Part shown: positions 62,902 through 64,000 of the stretch, piece by piece
Position numbering within the stretch: the first letter of the stretch is position 1
Layout: each line of letters begins with the position of its first letter
Source of the DNA: an uncultured delta proteobacterium
Lineage (GTDB): Bacteria; Desulfobacterota; Binatia; Binatales; Binataceae
Assembly (NCBI GenBank): GCA_963765675.1
Contig: CAVXXK010000001.1
Coordinates: 2,208,001-2,272,000 of the forward strand
Reading direction: 5' to 3'
DNA length: 64,000 nucleotides
Translations under genes and position numbers: made by a program
Notes under the pieces: generated by a model
Told to the model about the DNA's origin: nothing
Databases searched by the model: none
What the model saw: the letters and a program-made list of their open reading frames with translations, nothing else

Positions 62902-63184
62902 TGTCATTCCCGCGCGCGTGGCCGCCGCGCGCGAGGAATCCCGATCGAGGGGCCACTGCGTGAGGCGACGCTCGGCGCATGTACGCCTCGGGATTTCTCC
63001 CTTCGGTCGAAATGACGGATGTGGGCGCGGTGCGGAACTACCGTGGCCTCTACCGATCCCACAATCGTCATTTCGAGCCATAGGCGAGAAATCCCGAGAC
63101 GCTCGTGCACTAACCTGCGAGTGGCGATGGACCGGCGGGCAAGAACGGGATTCCGCGCGCGCGGGAGCCACACGACGGAATGAA
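62902..63184. repeat. Nested cluster of four GTCAT-family palindromic units
   Basis: An outer pair (TGTCATTCCCGCGCG..GGAATCCC / GGGATTCC..GGAATGA) encloses an inner pair (GGGATTTCTC..CGAAATGACG / CGTCATTTCG..GAGAAATCCC). Confidence 0.82.
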
Positions 63185-63189
63185 AGCGC

Positions 63190-64000
63190 TTAATGCTCTT
63201 CGCCGAAGAGGAAGATTGAAAACGCAATCAGCGCGAAGGTTGTGTTCGGCAGCCATGCCGCGACCCACGCCGGCATCAGGCCCGAGCGCCCGAGCGACGA
63301 CGTGATTCCGAACGCGAGCCAATAGCCGAAGCCGATCGCGATCGCGAGGCCGAAGCTGCGCCCGAGGCTCAAGTTGCGCGGCAGAGGGTCGAGCGACAGC
63401 GCCATCCCGAGTGCGACCATAATGAGGCACGAGATCGGCATCGCGTATTTCAAATCGCGATCGACGATATATCCGCCGGGGTCGAGCCCCTTCTGCCTGA
63501 GGCTTGCGATATAGTCGTTGAGTTCCCACAGGCTGAACTCCTCGGGGTCAAGGCGCAGGATTTCAAAGTCGGCAGGCTTCAGTCCGACGCGAAGCTTGTC
63601 GGCGTCCGAAGAGGTGACGGTTCCATTCTCGCCGACCGAGTAGGTGCTGATATCGGACGGGACCCATCGATTGTCTTTCCACACGGCGCTCTGCGCGTGG
63701 ACGATACTGCTCAGCTCGAAGTTCTTGTTGACGTGGTAGACGGTGATCCCGCTGAGCATCCGCTTCTTCTTGTCGTAGGCGTCGGCGGAAGCGAAGCCGT
63801 TGCCCAGGCGCACCCAGATACGCCGGTCGGCGAACACACCTTCGAGCTGCCGCTTCTTGAGCTCGACATGGTAGAGGTAGGTCGCTTCGCGGGTCGCGGC
63901 GGGAACCAATGTCTCGCTGAGCGCGAAGTTGAAAATCGAGATCAGAAAAGCGACGAACAGCACCGGGATCGCCATCTCGAGGCGGCTGATGCCAAGCTGC
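63190..64000 (-). CDS. lptG: LPS export permease LptG/LptF family (runs off the window end)
   Basis: The TM helix with SETLVP, a beta-jellyroll periplasmic region, KYAMP.SC and AAWLPN. Confidence 0.85.
   Translation of the reverse strand, partial: QLGISRLEMAIPVLFVAFLISIFNFALSETLVPAATREATYLYHVELKKRQLEGVFADRRIWVRLGNGFASADAYDKKKRMLSGITVYHVNKNFELSSIVHAQSAVWKDNRWVPSDISTYSVGENGTVTSSDADKLRVGLKPADFEILRLDPEEFSLWELNDYIASLRQKGLDPGGYIVDRDLKYAMPISCLIMVALGMALSLDPLPRNLSLGRSFGLAIAIGFGYWLAFGITSSLGRSGLMPAWVAAWLPNTTFALIAFSIFLFGEEH

Overview
This is a GC-rich bacterial chromosomal window with about 60 genes. Gene style and content suggest a deltaproteobacterial-type lineage, possibly Candidatus Binatota (inference only). 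Most of it is housekeeping and metabolism: uvrA (5'-truncated), an M16 peptidase pair, eno-gpmI, alr-purH-purD-tsaC, TPP riboswitch-thiSGE, pcm-nlpD-apt, tRNA-Pro(GGG), coaX, panBC, lpxD-waaF, thiolase/HADH, zwf and lptG (truncated). The main hidden signal is at 46801-50925. This minus-strand four-gene cluster contains two genes that the ORF track breaks at in-frame TGA codons. Both TGAs sit at redox-motif positions (W-U-P-F-C in a peroxiredoxin-like protein; D-U-G-S-C-T-T-C in a UGSC-type protein), and each is followed by a bacterial SECIS-like hairpin. The cluster therefore looks like a two-selenoprotein redox operon that also includes a thioredoxin-fusion partner and a Kelch-propeller lipoprotein. 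Other notable items are a highly structured ~250-nt leader upstream of panBC, a vapC toxin that appears to need a CTG start, and several dispersed palindromic repeat families, four of them packed upstream of eno. There are also three single-base frameshifts that are probably sequencing errors, and several enzymes with altered catalytic motifs. All product calls come from motif recognition by eye; no database searches were run.
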